The notes beneath the pieces were generated by a model. The model was not told the DNA's origin. It saw only the letters and a program-made list of their open reading frames with translations, and ran no database searches. Below, in pieces: positions 8,168 through 18,100 of a stretch of DNA of 39,609 bases; positions within the stretch are counted from its first letter, which is position 1; each line of letters opens with the position of its first letter. The stretch lies in the sequence record SRR20825010_4892; one strand, 5' to 3'. A program made the position numbers and the translations under genes.

Positions 8168-8918
8168 TAGAGCTTTATTGCTCTCCTTCATTGTTTTTTC
8201 GGCTTTCTTTCTGGAGTCATGTAAAAGCACATTTTTAGGCACAAACACACGCGTTAAAGAAGAATTTCAAGTCGCTGAAATTCCTTTTGAATACTTTTCT
8301 ACCAAGACTAAGTTCAAGTTTAAGGATGGTGAATCGAAGACCAAAGCCACTGCAGATATTCGCGTAAGGAAAGATAGTTTGATTTGGTTCAGACTAACAC
8401 CGGGTTTAGGGATTGAAGGTGCTAGAGGAATCATCACCAAAGATTCGCTCATTATGATGGACAGGGTAAACAAAACCTATTATGCCTTTAGTTTTCAAGG
8501 CCTAAGCGAAAAATTCAACTTCGAACTGAATTTTGATCTTTTTCAGTCAGTGCTTATAGGAGACATGCCGATTGTCCAAAGCGAAGAAGATGATATTGTA
8601 GCCCAATCCAATCAGTTCACCATTGTTCAAAGAGTTGGAGACCTTACCTTAATGAACCAAATTGGAAACAAAACCAAGAAACTCGAAAAACTTACTGCCA
8701 ACACGACCATGAGTAAAAACATATTAGAGTTAAAGTACACTGATTTCAATATGCTAGAGCAATTTGTGTTTGCTTTTAAAGCAGATATGGTATTACAGTA
8801 TTTCAAAGACAATAAAAAAGGCGAAATTACGATAGATATTGAGCACAACAGAGCTAGAATTGAAGACGAACCACTTACATTTCCTTTTAGTATACCAGAG
8901 AGCTATGAGCGTAAATAG
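8145..8918 (+). CDS. DUF4292 family lipoprotein (probable LolB-like fold)
   Basis: Lipobox FLES-C; IRVRKDSLIW, GIEGARGIITKDS and LFQSVLIGD motifs; position between TPR and EnvC-like genes. Start uncertain, TTG 8145 preferred. Confidence 0.78.
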   Translation: MQTKSTTNRALLLSFIVFSAFFLESCKSTFLGTNTRVKEEFQVAEIPFEYFSTKTKFKFKDGESKTKATADIRVRKDSLIWFRLTPGLGIEGARGIITKDSLIMMDRVNKTYYAFSFQGLSEKFNFELNFDLFQSVLIGDMPIVQSEEDDIVAQSNQFTIVQRVGDLTLMNQIGNKTKKLEKLTANTTMSKNILELKYTDFNMLEQFVFAFKADMVLQYFKDNKKGEITIDIEHNRARIEDEPLTFPFSIPESYERK

Positions 8919-10092
8919 GGTATTATTAACCCTTTCTATATTTTTCCTATTTACAAGTTTTGACAGCACAGCTCAAGACCAAAGGAAAACATTAGAAACT
9001 CAGAAGAATGAAATACTAAAGAAAATACAGGAAACTGAGCGAATTCTTTCCCAAACTTCCACCAAGAAAAACAGTAGTATAGGGCGTTTAAGGGCACTTA
9101 ATGAGCAGATTCAAACCCGTTCTTCTTTAATTGGCGCCATCAAAGGCGAAGTGAATTTACTGGAAAGCGAAATCTCTGAAAACCTTGCCATTATCCAAGC
9201 CATGGAAAATGACCTCTCGCAGCTTAAAACGGAGTATGCAGAAATGATCTATACCACTCAAAAAACTAGCAAAGGGTTTAATGAGATGACTTTCCTTTTT
9301 GCCTCTTCCACCTTCAACCAGCTGTTTATGAGAATGAAATACATTAAACAGTACTCGGAAGCCCGTAAGAAACAAGCAGAACAAATCCAGATTGTTAAAA
9401 GCAGTATTGGCTTACAAATCGCGGAAATTGAAGACCAAAGAAAAAGCAAGCAATCGCTACTTAGCGATGAGCTAACGGAAAGTAATAAACTAGAGGTGCT
9501 CAGAGGAGATCAAAAGGATTTGATCACAAAGCTTACCCAAGACGAGCAAAGGATTAAGAAAGAATTAGAGGAACAAAAAAAGGCAGAAAAGCAACTTTCA
9601 GAACGAATTGATGCCATAATTGAAGAAGAAAGAAAGGCTGCTTTGTTGGGTTCTGTGGATATGACCAAATTAACAGAAGCCTTTGTCAAAGAAAAAGGAA
9701 AGCTGCCTTGGCCAGTAGACCAAGGCTTCATTTCTTCCAAGTTTGGGGAGCACAGACACCCAACCATTAAAACTATTACCATAAATAATTTTGGGATAGA
9801 TATACAAACCTCTGAAAACGCTACGATCAAAGCCGTATTCCCAGGGAAAGTAAGTAGTGTATTATCAGTCCCAGGCTTGGGAAACAGTGTACTTGTTCAG
9901 CATGGAGAATACTTTACGGTGTATTCAAAGCTAAAAAGCGTGGTTGTAAAAAAAGGAGATCAAGTTCAGATTGGCCAAACATTGGGGCAAGTGCTTACCG
10001 ACAAGGACAATATTTCTCAGGTCAAGTTCAGGGTTCATGATAAAAAAGGTACCGTAAACCCAGAAACTTGGCTTCAAAAACGAACAAAATAA
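8905..10092 (+). CDS. envC: Murein hydrolase activator EnvC family (coiled coil + degenerate M23 domain)
   Basis: Signal peptide from ATG 8905 (MSVNRVLL), long coiled coil, KGKLPWPV; M23 zinc ligands degenerate (NFGID, YSKL, VKFRV). Confidence 0.8.
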   Translation: MSVNRVLLTLSIFFLFTSFDSTAQDQRKTLETQKNEILKKIQETERILSQTSTKKNSSIGRLRALNEQIQTRSSLIGAIKGEVNLLESEISENLAIIQAMENDLSQLKTEYAEMIYTTQKTSKGFNEMTFLFASSTFNQLFMRMKYIKQYSEARKKQAEQIQIVKSSIGLQIAEIEDQRKSKQSLLSDELTESNKLEVLRGDQKDLITKLTQDEQRIKKELEEQKKAEKQLSERIDAIIEEERKAALLGSVDMTKLTEAFVKEKGKLPWPVDQGFISSKFGEHRHPTIKTITINNFGIDIQTSENATIKAVFPGKVSSVLSVPGLGNSVLVQHGEYFTVYSKLKSVVVKKGDQVQIGQTLGQVLTDKDNISQVKFRVHDKKGTVNPETWLQKRTK

Positions 10093-10225
10093 AGTACCCA
10101 TAATGTCTATTTAAATGGAACTAGGTAGCCTGTCAAAAAATAAGGCTGACAGATTTTAACCCTAGCACTTAAATTACGTTTACACAACAAACACGAATCC
10201 CTTTACTTCCTAGATAGTTTTTAGC

Positions 10226-10233
10226 TATCTTTG
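10226..10233 (+). promoter_or_regulatory. -7 promoter box TATCTTTG for tatA operon
   Basis: TAnnTTTG match upstream of ATG 10260. Confidence 0.6.
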
Positions 10234-10259
10234 AAGTCTAAATTTTAAAGTAGGTGATC

Positions 10260-10466
10260 ATGCAAACAATTTTCGCACTAGGTATGCCAGGAACTCCAGA
10301 AATGATTTTCATCGTATTTGTTATCTTACTTCTTTTCGGTGCTAAGAAAATTCCAGATCTCGCAAGAGGAATGGGAAAAGGCATCAGAGAATTTAAAGAT
10401 GCTACCAAAGAAATTAAGAAAGAGGTAGACGATGCAGGTAAAGAAATCGACAAGCAAGCTAATTAA
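10260..10466 (+). CDS. tatA: Twin-arginine translocase subunit TatA/E
   Basis: [26 protein letters not shown] signature. Confidence 0.93.
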   Translation: MQTIFALGMPGTPEMIFIVFVILLLFGAKKIPDLARGMGKGIREFKDATKEIKKEVDDAGKEIDKQAN

Positions 10467-10469
10467 CAA

Positions 10470-11894
10470 TTGAAATCTTATCATACCCTTGATGAGATTC
10501 AAAATGATATTAGACTTGGAATAACTTCTTGCAAAGCGCTTGTAGAACACTATTTAAGTAATATTAAGGTTCATTCGGATCTAAATGCTTTTATAGAAGT
10601 TTATAGTAAAGAAGCGTTGCAAAAGGCAGATATTATAGATCTTAAGATCAAAGAAAACAAAGCCGGCAAACTTGCCGGCTTAATTTTTGGCATTAAAGAT
10701 TTAATCTGTTACCAAGACCACCAAATCAGTGGCGCAAGTAAAATTCTCCAAAATTTTGAATCTCAATTTTCAGCCACAGTCGTTGAAAAACTCCTTCAGG
10801 AAGACGCCATTTTAATAGGACGCCAAAACTGTGACGAATTTGGGATGGGATCATCCAATGAGAATTCATTTTATGGCCCTACTAAAAACGCGCTTGACCA
10901 AAGTAAAGTAGCTGGAGGTTCCTCTGGAGGCTCCGCTATTGCTGTGCAAGCCGACATGTGCCATATTTCACTTGGCTCTGATACGGGAGGGTCTGTGAGG
11001 CAACCTGCAGCATTTTGTGGCATTGTGGGACTAAAACCTACCTACTCAAGAATTTCACGTTGGGGATTATTGGCCTATGCTTCTTCATTCGACTGTATCG
11101 GGGTCATCTCGAAATGCATTGAAGACAATGCAAGAGTATTAGAGGTTATTGCCGGAAAAGACGAAAAAGACTCCACTTCTTCTTCCAGAGAAGTACCAGT
11201 CTATAGTCAAAGCTTAGAAAACAAAAGCACATTCAAGGTTGCCTATTTACAAGAAGCACTTGAAACGGAAGCGCTTCAACCAGAAATTAAAGCGGCTTTC
11301 GAAAGTCAAATTGCTAGTTTAAAAGAAGTAGGGCATAAAGTGGAACCTGTGAGCTTCCCTTTACTCGATTACATTTTGCCCACCTACTATATTCTGACCA
11401 CAGCGGAAGTAAGTTCAAATTTAAGCCGTTATGACGGAGTTCGTTACGGACATAGAAGCTTAGACCTTTCAGACCTAGAATCGCTCTATAAAAATTCTAG
11501 AACAGAAGGCTTTGGAGCTGAGGCGCGAAGAAGAATTATGTTAGGGACTTTTGTGTTGAGTGCCAATTATTACGATGCTTATTTTACAAAAGCACAGAAG
11601 GCGCGAAAGCTAATCAAAGAGGCTACCGAAAAAATTCTTTCGGAATATGATTTCATCATCATACCAACGACACCAACTACTGCGTTCAAATTGGGAGAGC
11701 ACACTAAAAGCCCGATTGAAGTCTATATGGCCGATTTATTTACTGTACAAGCTTCCATTTCGGGGCTCCCAGCGATATCCATTCCCGTTGGAAAAGATGA
11801 TGATGGAATGCCAATTGGCCTACAAATTATATCCGCGGCTTTTCAAGAAGCTAAACTTTTTGCATTTTCGGGAAACTTGATAAAAAACATTTGA
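10470..11894 (+). CDS. gatA: Asp-tRNA(Asn)/Glu-tRNA(Gln) amidotransferase subunit A
   Basis: GGSSGGSA, GSDTGGSVRQPA, SSNLSRYDGVRYG, RRIMLGTFVLS motifs; TTG start. Confidence 0.95.
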   Translation: MKSYHTLDEIQNDIRLGITSCKALVEHYLSNIKVHSDLNAFIEVYSKEALQKADIIDLKIKENKAGKLAGLIFGIKDLICYQDHQISGASKILQNFESQFSATVVEKLLQEDAILIGRQNCDEFGMGSSNENSFYGPTKNALDQSKVAGGSSGGSAIAVQADMCHISLGSDTGGSVRQPAAFCGIVGLKPTYSRISRWGLLAYASSFDCIGVISKCIEDNARVLEVIAGKDEKDSTSSSREVPVYSQSLENKSTFKVAYLQEALETEALQPEIKAAFESQIASLKEVGHKVEPVSFPLLDYILPTYYILTTAEVSSNLSRYDGVRYGHRSLDLSDLESLYKNSRTEGFGAEARRRIMLGTFVLSANYYDAYFTKAQKARKLIKEATEKILSEYDFIIIPTTPTTAFKLGEHTKSPIEVYMADLFTVQASISGLPAISIPVGKDDDGMPIGLQIISAAFQEAKLFAFSGNLIKNI

Positions 11895-11908
11895 ACAGAC
11901 GCTATACA

Positions 11909-13270
11909 ATGAAGCGATTACACTGGGCATTATTACTGCTAATTGGCTCATTTGCCTTTGCGCAAACGGGCTATGCGACCAACGATACAATACCCGAAGA
12001 ATTTAAGCCTAGCTACGACTACGCACCTGATTTTTCTTATGAAGAATTACAAAGCCGTTATGACAAACTAGACCTTGAAATCGACATTTCTTTCAATGAT
12101 CAGGTCAAGGCTTTTATTAATTACTTTACAGTGAGAAACAGAGAGTACACGCGTGAAATGCTGAGACGTAGAGAAATCTACTTCCCCATTTTCGAAAAGT
12201 ACCTTAAAAAATACGACCTTCCCGAAGAACTAAAATACTTACCAATTATTGAATCTGGTCTAAACCCTGTAGCAACTTCTGGCCCTAAAGCCGTTGGCCT
12301 ATGGCAGTTTATGTCACCCACGGCAAAACAGCAAGGCTTACAAATCGATTGGTATATTGATGAGCGAATGGACCCGGAAAAATCAACCGAGGCAGCCTGT
12401 CAATACATCAAATGGTTATACGGTATTTTGGGAGATTGGAAAATGACCTTAGCTGCCTACAACAGTGGTATCGGTAATGTGCAAAGGGCCATGAGGCGAT
12501 CTAACAAAGATGATTTCTGGGAAGTTTACAAGTACTTACCGAGAGAAACAAGATCGTATGTACCACAATTTGCAGCCATCTTATACGCCATGGAGTATGC
12601 TGACGAACACAATTTATTTGTTGACGAAATACTATACCCTATCGACTTTGAAGAGGTTGAAGTAAGCCAATTCGTATATTTAAAGGCCTTCGCAGAGGAA
12701 AGCGGAATGGATTTGAACACCCTAGAAAAACTGAATCCAGCCATCAAAAAAGGAGCCCTTCCCGCCAACGCTAAAGGCTTCAAGCTAAAAATCCCCAGAG
12801 ATGGAATGGCTTTATATGAAACCAATCGTGAAAACATCTTGGTCAAGGCCGAAGAAGGACGCAAGGAATTTGAAAAAATGGCTTCCAATATGCCAGGTAG
12901 TACTTTCGGTAAAGAAAAAGTGAGCTATAGAGTGTCAAGTGGTGATGTATTGGGTACAATTGCTAGGAAACACCAAGTGCGGATTGAAGACCTAAGAGCA
13001 TGGAACAACATTAAAGGATCAATGATCAAGGTGGGGCAAAGGCTGGACATCTATACAGGTCCTGATTTCCTTTCAGACAACACAGTAGTCTCCACAAAAA
13101 GAGTATTGAACCAACCAATCCCTAATTCGAAGGAGTATACGGTTGAGCCAGGAGATACATTGTGGGATATATCAAGAATGTATGAAGGTTTAACAATTGA
13201 GCGGATTAAAGAGTTAAATGACCTAAACACTAGCAGCCTAAAACCTGGAATGAAGCTAAAAATAGGTTAA
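11909..13270 (+). CDS. mltD: MltD-like lytic transglycosylase with two LysM domains
   Basis: IIESGLNP (catalytic Glu), GLWQFM, AAYNSG; LysM units YRVSSGDVLGTIA and YTVEPGDTLWDIS; signal peptide from ATG 11909. Confidence 0.87.
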   Translation: MKRLHWALLLLIGSFAFAQTGYATNDTIPEEFKPSYDYAPDFSYEELQSRYDKLDLEIDISFNDQVKAFINYFTVRNREYTREMLRRREIYFPIFEKYLKKYDLPEELKYLPIIESGLNPVATSGPKAVGLWQFMSPTAKQQGLQIDWYIDERMDPEKSTEAACQYIKWLYGILGDWKMTLAAYNSGIGNVQRAMRRSNKDDFWEVYKYLPRETRSYVPQFAAILYAMEYADEHNLFVDEILYPIDFEEVEVSQFVYLKAFAEESGMDLNTLEKLNPAIKKGALPANAKGFKLKIPRDGMALYETNRENILVKAEEGRKEFEKMASNMPGSTFGKEKVSYRVSSGDVLGTIARKHQVRIEDLRAWNNIKGSMIKVGQRLDIYTGPDFLSDNTVVSTKRVLNQPIPNSKEYTVEPGDTLWDISRMYEGLTIERIKELNDLNTSSLKPGMKLKIG

Positions 13271-13280
13271 GCAAACAAAC

Positions 13281-13358
13281 AACTAAATAATTAGTAGATA
13301 TTGTTTGCAAATCCATTTCATATTACCTTTCTTGACACAACTAACTAAACTAATAGTT
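13281..13358. promoter_or_regulatory. Two AACTA-N6-TAGT(T/A) palindromic operator-like sites
   Basis: AACTAAATAATTAGTA (13281-13296) and AACTAAACTAATAGTT (13343-13358). Confidence 0.55.
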
Positions 13359-13359
13359 T

Positions 13360-14463
13360 ATGAAAAAGCTCTTATTTCTAGCACTGATTCTCCTATCTAT
13401 ATCAAGTTGCGGAAGCAAATCGGATCAGGGAGGTGAGGAATCAAAGAAAATGAACCCCAACCTTTTACCTGATGCTACCGGGCAGTCTGGGGAACTAGTG
13501 ATTGTGATGAACAAAGAGAAGTGGGATGGCCCACTCGGAGAAGCCTTAAAAGAAGTTTTTCACGCTTCTGTACCTGGTTTAAACAGAACAGAGCCTTCAT
13601 TCACTACGCGAGTTATCGAGCCCTTTCAGTACAATAGAATTTTTCAGCTTTCAAGAAATGTGGTGTACATAACCACCCTAGATGGCACTACTCCTGCTGA
13701 CAAGTACCTTAAAGGCATTCTTCCTACTAGCTTCAAAGAACGTATAGCAAATGAACCAGACTTGTTCATGAATACCTCCGACAATCAGTATGCCAAAGGA
13801 CAAAAAATACTTAACCTTTTCGGAAAAACTGATCAAGACTTGATCAATCATTTAAAAGAAAATGGAGGCATTATCAGAAACTACTTCAACATGGCTGAAA
13901 GAGAGAGGTTAGCCACTGACATTCGGGCTTCTATAGATTCTAGAGCCATTTCTGACCAAATTGAAAAAAAATTCAATTACTACATTAAAATCCCTGTTGG
14001 TTTTGAATTGGCTACGACTGATGATGACTTTATGTGGTCGCGCTATTTACCTGCTAGAGGGCCGAGTAAAAATATTTTTGTCTATTTTAAAAACTACAAA
14101 TCTCAGGATGAATTCACCCATGAAAATGTCATAAAACTTAGAAACGAAGTTGGAAAAAAGTACATCTATGGCGATCCTGATAACAAAGAATCCTTCATGA
14201 TTACCGAAACTGAATTCATGAGGCCGGTTTTCAGAGACATTACTTTCGATGGAAAATACACCGTTGAGATGCGTGGTGCATGGAAAACAAATAATTATTC
14301 TGTTGGAGGAACATTTATCAGTTACACTTTTGTGGACGAGAAAACGAACAGACTGTATTATATCGAGGGCTTTATAATCCATCCGAACGAGGAGCATCGT
14401 GAGCTGATTCGCCAAATGGAATCGATATTGACCACATTCAGAGCGATAGATAATCCATCTTAA
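13360..14463 (+). CDS. DUF4837 family lipoprotein
   Basis: Lipobox ISS-C; LPDATGQSGELVIVM, EMRGAWK...VGGTFISY, RELIRQMESILTTF motifs. Confidence 0.8.
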   Translation: MKKLLFLALILLSISSCGSKSDQGGEESKKMNPNLLPDATGQSGELVIVMNKEKWDGPLGEALKEVFHASVPGLNRTEPSFTTRVIEPFQYNRIFQLSRNVVYITTLDGTTPADKYLKGILPTSFKERIANEPDLFMNTSDNQYAKGQKILNLFGKTDQDLINHLKENGGIIRNYFNMAERERLATDIRASIDSRAISDQIEKKFNYYIKIPVGFELATTDDDFMWSRYLPARGPSKNIFVYFKNYKSQDEFTHENVIKLRNEVGKKYIYGDPDNKESFMITETEFMRPVFRDITFDGKYTVEMRGAWKTNNYSVGGTFISYTFVDEKTNRLYYIEGFIIHPNEEHRELIRQMESILTTFRAIDNPS

Positions 14464-14521
14464 ATCGGCTATTTTAGGATTCCCGACATTGATTTTACTT
14501 GAATATTCTTAAATTTAAGCG

Positions 14522-14547
14522 AAGGCAGGTTCAACTTGCCTTTTTTT
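14522..14547 (+). terminator. Rho-independent terminator-like hairpin
   Basis: AAGGCAGGT-TCA-ACTTGCCTT running into a T7 tract (14541-14547). Confidence 0.7.
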
Positions 14548-14570
14548 ATACTCAAGTACATTCAGAATCT

Positions 14571-15164
14571 ATGTTTGCATATATAAAAGGTAAGCTTGCC
14601 TATAAGGACCCAACTTTTGTAATCATTGATATCCAAGGGGTTGGCTATGAAATTAAAATATCTCTGAATACCTATTCCCACATTAAGGATGAAGAACAGT
14701 GCAAACTCTTTACTTATTTTCATGTAAAGGAAGATATTCAAGTGCTTTACGGCTTTGCCGATGAAGCTGAAAAAAAGCTATTTACTCTATTAATTTCCAT
14801 TTCAGGCATCGGACCATCCATTGGCCTCATGTTTCTATCTTCATTAAGCCCAACTGAAATAGTGAATGCCATTGCCACTGAAAATGTGGCTACTATTCAA
14901 AGTGTGAAAGGTGTCGGTGCAAAAACGGCTCAACGAGTCATTTTAGAACTAAAAGACAAAGTGGGAAAAGAATCAACTGATATTGGGAATGGAAATATTA
15001 CCTCTTCCTCAATTAATACTATAAGAAACGAAGCCTTAGCTGCGTTAGTAACTCTAGGCATTAACAAGGTGGCTGCACAAAAAAGTATTGATAAAATTTT
15101 GAAAAATTCTGAAGGTCAAATTTCCCTTGAAGAATTGATCAAACTGGCACTGAAAGCTGCCTGA
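14571..15164 (+). CDS. ruvA: Holliday junction branch migration protein RuvA
   Basis: MFAYIKGKL start, LISISGIGP, GVGAKTAQRVILELKDK motifs. Confidence 0.96.
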   Translation: MFAYIKGKLAYKDPTFVIIDIQGVGYEIKISLNTYSHIKDEEQCKLFTYFHVKEDIQVLYGFADEAEKKLFTLLISISGIGPSIGLMFLSSLSPTEIVNAIATENVATIQSVKGVGAKTAQRVILELKDKVGKESTDIGNGNITSSSINTIRNEALAALVTLGINKVAAQKSIDKILKNSEGQISLEELIKLALKAA

Positions 15165-15177
15165 TTTTTAGGAAGAC

Positions 15178-18100
15178 TTGATCAATCAAACCATCAAAAT
15201 ATTACTCCTGATTGTTATTGGGCTTACCTTTTTAGGTAGTTCCAGTCAAACCTATGCCCATGAACAACAAACTCAGGATACAACTAGAATCAGCTCAGAT
15301 ACTACTCAATACCAAAAAGTATCGTACCCTAACTTTGGATTAAGGTTCCGCGTTGGTGATCCACTCACTAAGAGGAGATTAAAATCACCACTACTTTTTA
15401 ACAATCTCAATTTTTACAATCGAGAATACCAGTTGGATACAAGTAAATCCTTGGTGTATAGTGAAAAGTTTGGCAGTCAGTTCTTAGGTACTCCTACGCT
15501 CATTCCATTTAATGTTGCGTTACAAGAAAGAGAAGAACAGGGAACCATGGAGTTTTTGGCCGAAAAAGCAAAGGCACAGGATGGAGAAAGCGCAGTGAGC
15601 AACCGTGGACAACTCATTCCTCCTATTGCTTTGAGTCCATTTTTTGATCGACTGTTTGGCGGGGATGAAATCAATATTCAAACCAGTGGTTTTGTGCAGT
15701 TAGATTTTGGAGGGCAGTTCCAAAGAGTAGACAACCCCGCAATCCCCATCAGACAACAGCGTACGGGTGGGTTCGAGTTTGACCAGAACATTGAAATGAG
15801 CTTGCAAGGTACAATCGGATCCAAACTCAAAATCGGAGCTAACTTTGATAACAGTAACTCCTTCGATTTCGAGAATCAGCTCAAGGTAGAATTCGCTGGA
15901 CTAGAATCTGATATTATCAAAACCATTGAACTAGGAGATGTGAGTTTACCAGTAGCCAATAGCCTGATCAGTGGTGCTCAAAACCTCTTCGGTTTTAAAA
16001 CCCAATTACAATTTGGACGGTTATATGTCACAACTTTGGCAGCCACACAACGTGGCCAATCTCAGTCAATCGAAATTGAAGGGGGAATTCAAAGAAATGA
16101 ATTTGAAATCAGGGCTTCAGATTATGATGAAAACAGACACTTCTTCTTAGGCCAGTTTTTTAGAGATAATTATGAAAACTGGTTGCAAAGTATCCCTTCG
16201 GTCATATCTGGCTTGCAAGTAACAAGGGTTGAAGTTTATGTACTCAACCGAACTAACAATACACAAACACTAAGAAATTTTGCTGCTTTCATGGATTTGG
16301 GTGAAAGCGACAAGATTTATAGAGAAAATAATGTATTTGTAGGGGATGGTACTCCAAACTCTCCTACTGCCAATGCTGCCAACAGCTTGTATCAAAACTT
16401 AATAACCGATCCTCGTTTGCGTCAGGCCGATCAACTGAGCTCTGTATTAGAAAATGAAAAAGGACTTGAAAAAGCACTCGATTTTGAAAGAGTGACTGGT
16501 GCCAGAAAACTTGACCCCTCAGAATATTATTTCAACAGCCAGCTAGGGTTTATTTCATTGAGCAGGCAATTACAAAGCGATGAAGTATTGGCCGTTTCCT
16601 ACGAATATAATTATCAAGGAAGAGGGTATAAAGTAGGAGAACTTACAGAAGACTATCAGAACAGACCAGAAAACGAAGCCATCTTCCTGAAACTACTTCG
16701 TCCAAGTAAAATCAATACCCGAGTACCTACTTGGAATTTGATGATGAAGAATATTTATAACCTCAATGCTTCAAATATTAGTAAAGAAGCTTTTCAACTC
16801 AGGGTAATTTACCGTGATGACCAAACGGGAATTGACAACCCTAGTCTTCACGAAGGAGAAAACACCAAAGATGTTCCACTCATCAGAACCCTTGGATTGG
16901 ATAAACTCAATCAAAGTGGAGACCCTCAGCCCGATGCTAATTTTGATTTTGTCGAAGACATTACAATCAACACTGAACGTGGCTATATGCTATTCCCAGT
17001 ACTCGAGCCCTTCGGGAGAACGCTGGAAAGTAAGTTCGCAACAGGAGAGCAATTCTTGGCAGACAAGTACGTGTATGACACCCTTTACCGCACCACAAAA
17101 GCAGACGCGGAACTGGTTTCTCGACTCAACAAATTCTACATCAAAGGAAGTTTACAGTCGGGTTCCTCAAACGAAATTAACCTCAATGCTTTTCAAATAG
17201 CACCTGGTAGTGTGCAAGTTTTGGCTGGAAATACACCACTCCAAGAAGGCTCGGACTTTACCGTGGATTACTCATTGGGGAAAGTGAATATTATCAACCC
17301 TTCCATTCTAAACTCAGGAAAGAAAATCAGAGTGAATTATGAAAAAGCCGATCTGTTTAATTTTCAGTCACGCACATTGGTTGGTACCCGTTTGGACTAT
17401 GTTCTCAATCCGAAAACCAACTTTGGATTTACCTTTCTCAATCTAAATGAGCGTCCACAAATGACCAGAGTAGGCATTGGAAATGAGCCTGTAAATAATA
17501 CCGTATATGGACTTGATATAAATTATAGTGATGAATCTCGTTTCCTTACCAGAATGGTGGATGCCTTACCCTTCATTGATACCAAGGCGCCCTCCACCAT
17601 TACTTTTAGTGGTGAAATGGCACAGCTTATTCCCGGCACTTCCAACAAAGTGGATGGGGTTGGCACTTCTTATATTGACGATTTTGAGTCCACGGTTACT
17701 CCATTCAGTTTGAACAACCCCACCAGTTGGAAATTCGGAGCCACTCCTAAAACAGATGACAACAGGTTCGACAAAAGTAATGAAACGACCGATCGACTTG
17801 GAGCTAATTACAAAAGGGCAAAAGTGGCTTGGTACACCATTGACAATGTGATATACAGAAACACAGGAAGATCGAGACCGCAGAACATTACCGCAATTGA
17901 CTTAGAGAACCATTATGTGCGTTCTGTTGGTCAAAATGAAGTGATTAAAAGAGATGCGCAACAAATTATTGTGAATGAGCCTTCTTTCGATTTGGCCTAT
18001 TACCCATCGGAGAGAGGTATTTACAACTATAACCCAAACCTTACCTCAGAAGGCTTTCTACCTAATCCTAAATCAAATTTCGGTGCCATTACACGTGCCA

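Noticed and set aside
8839..8904. Extended EnvC N-terminus
   Set aside because: ATG 8905 gives a proper signal peptide overlapping the upstream stop codon.
10470..11894. gatA without gatB/gatC as an anomaly
   Set aside because: Dispersed gat genes are common in this group as far as I recall, and the GatA motifs are intact.
14499..14570. Extended ruvA N-terminus
   Set aside because: It spans a terminator-like hairpin; MFAYIKG at 14571 is the canonical start.
16814..17713. Alternative-frame ORFs inside sprA
   Set aside because: Nested in an intact 2377-aa gene with no recognisable features, and no frameshift is needed.
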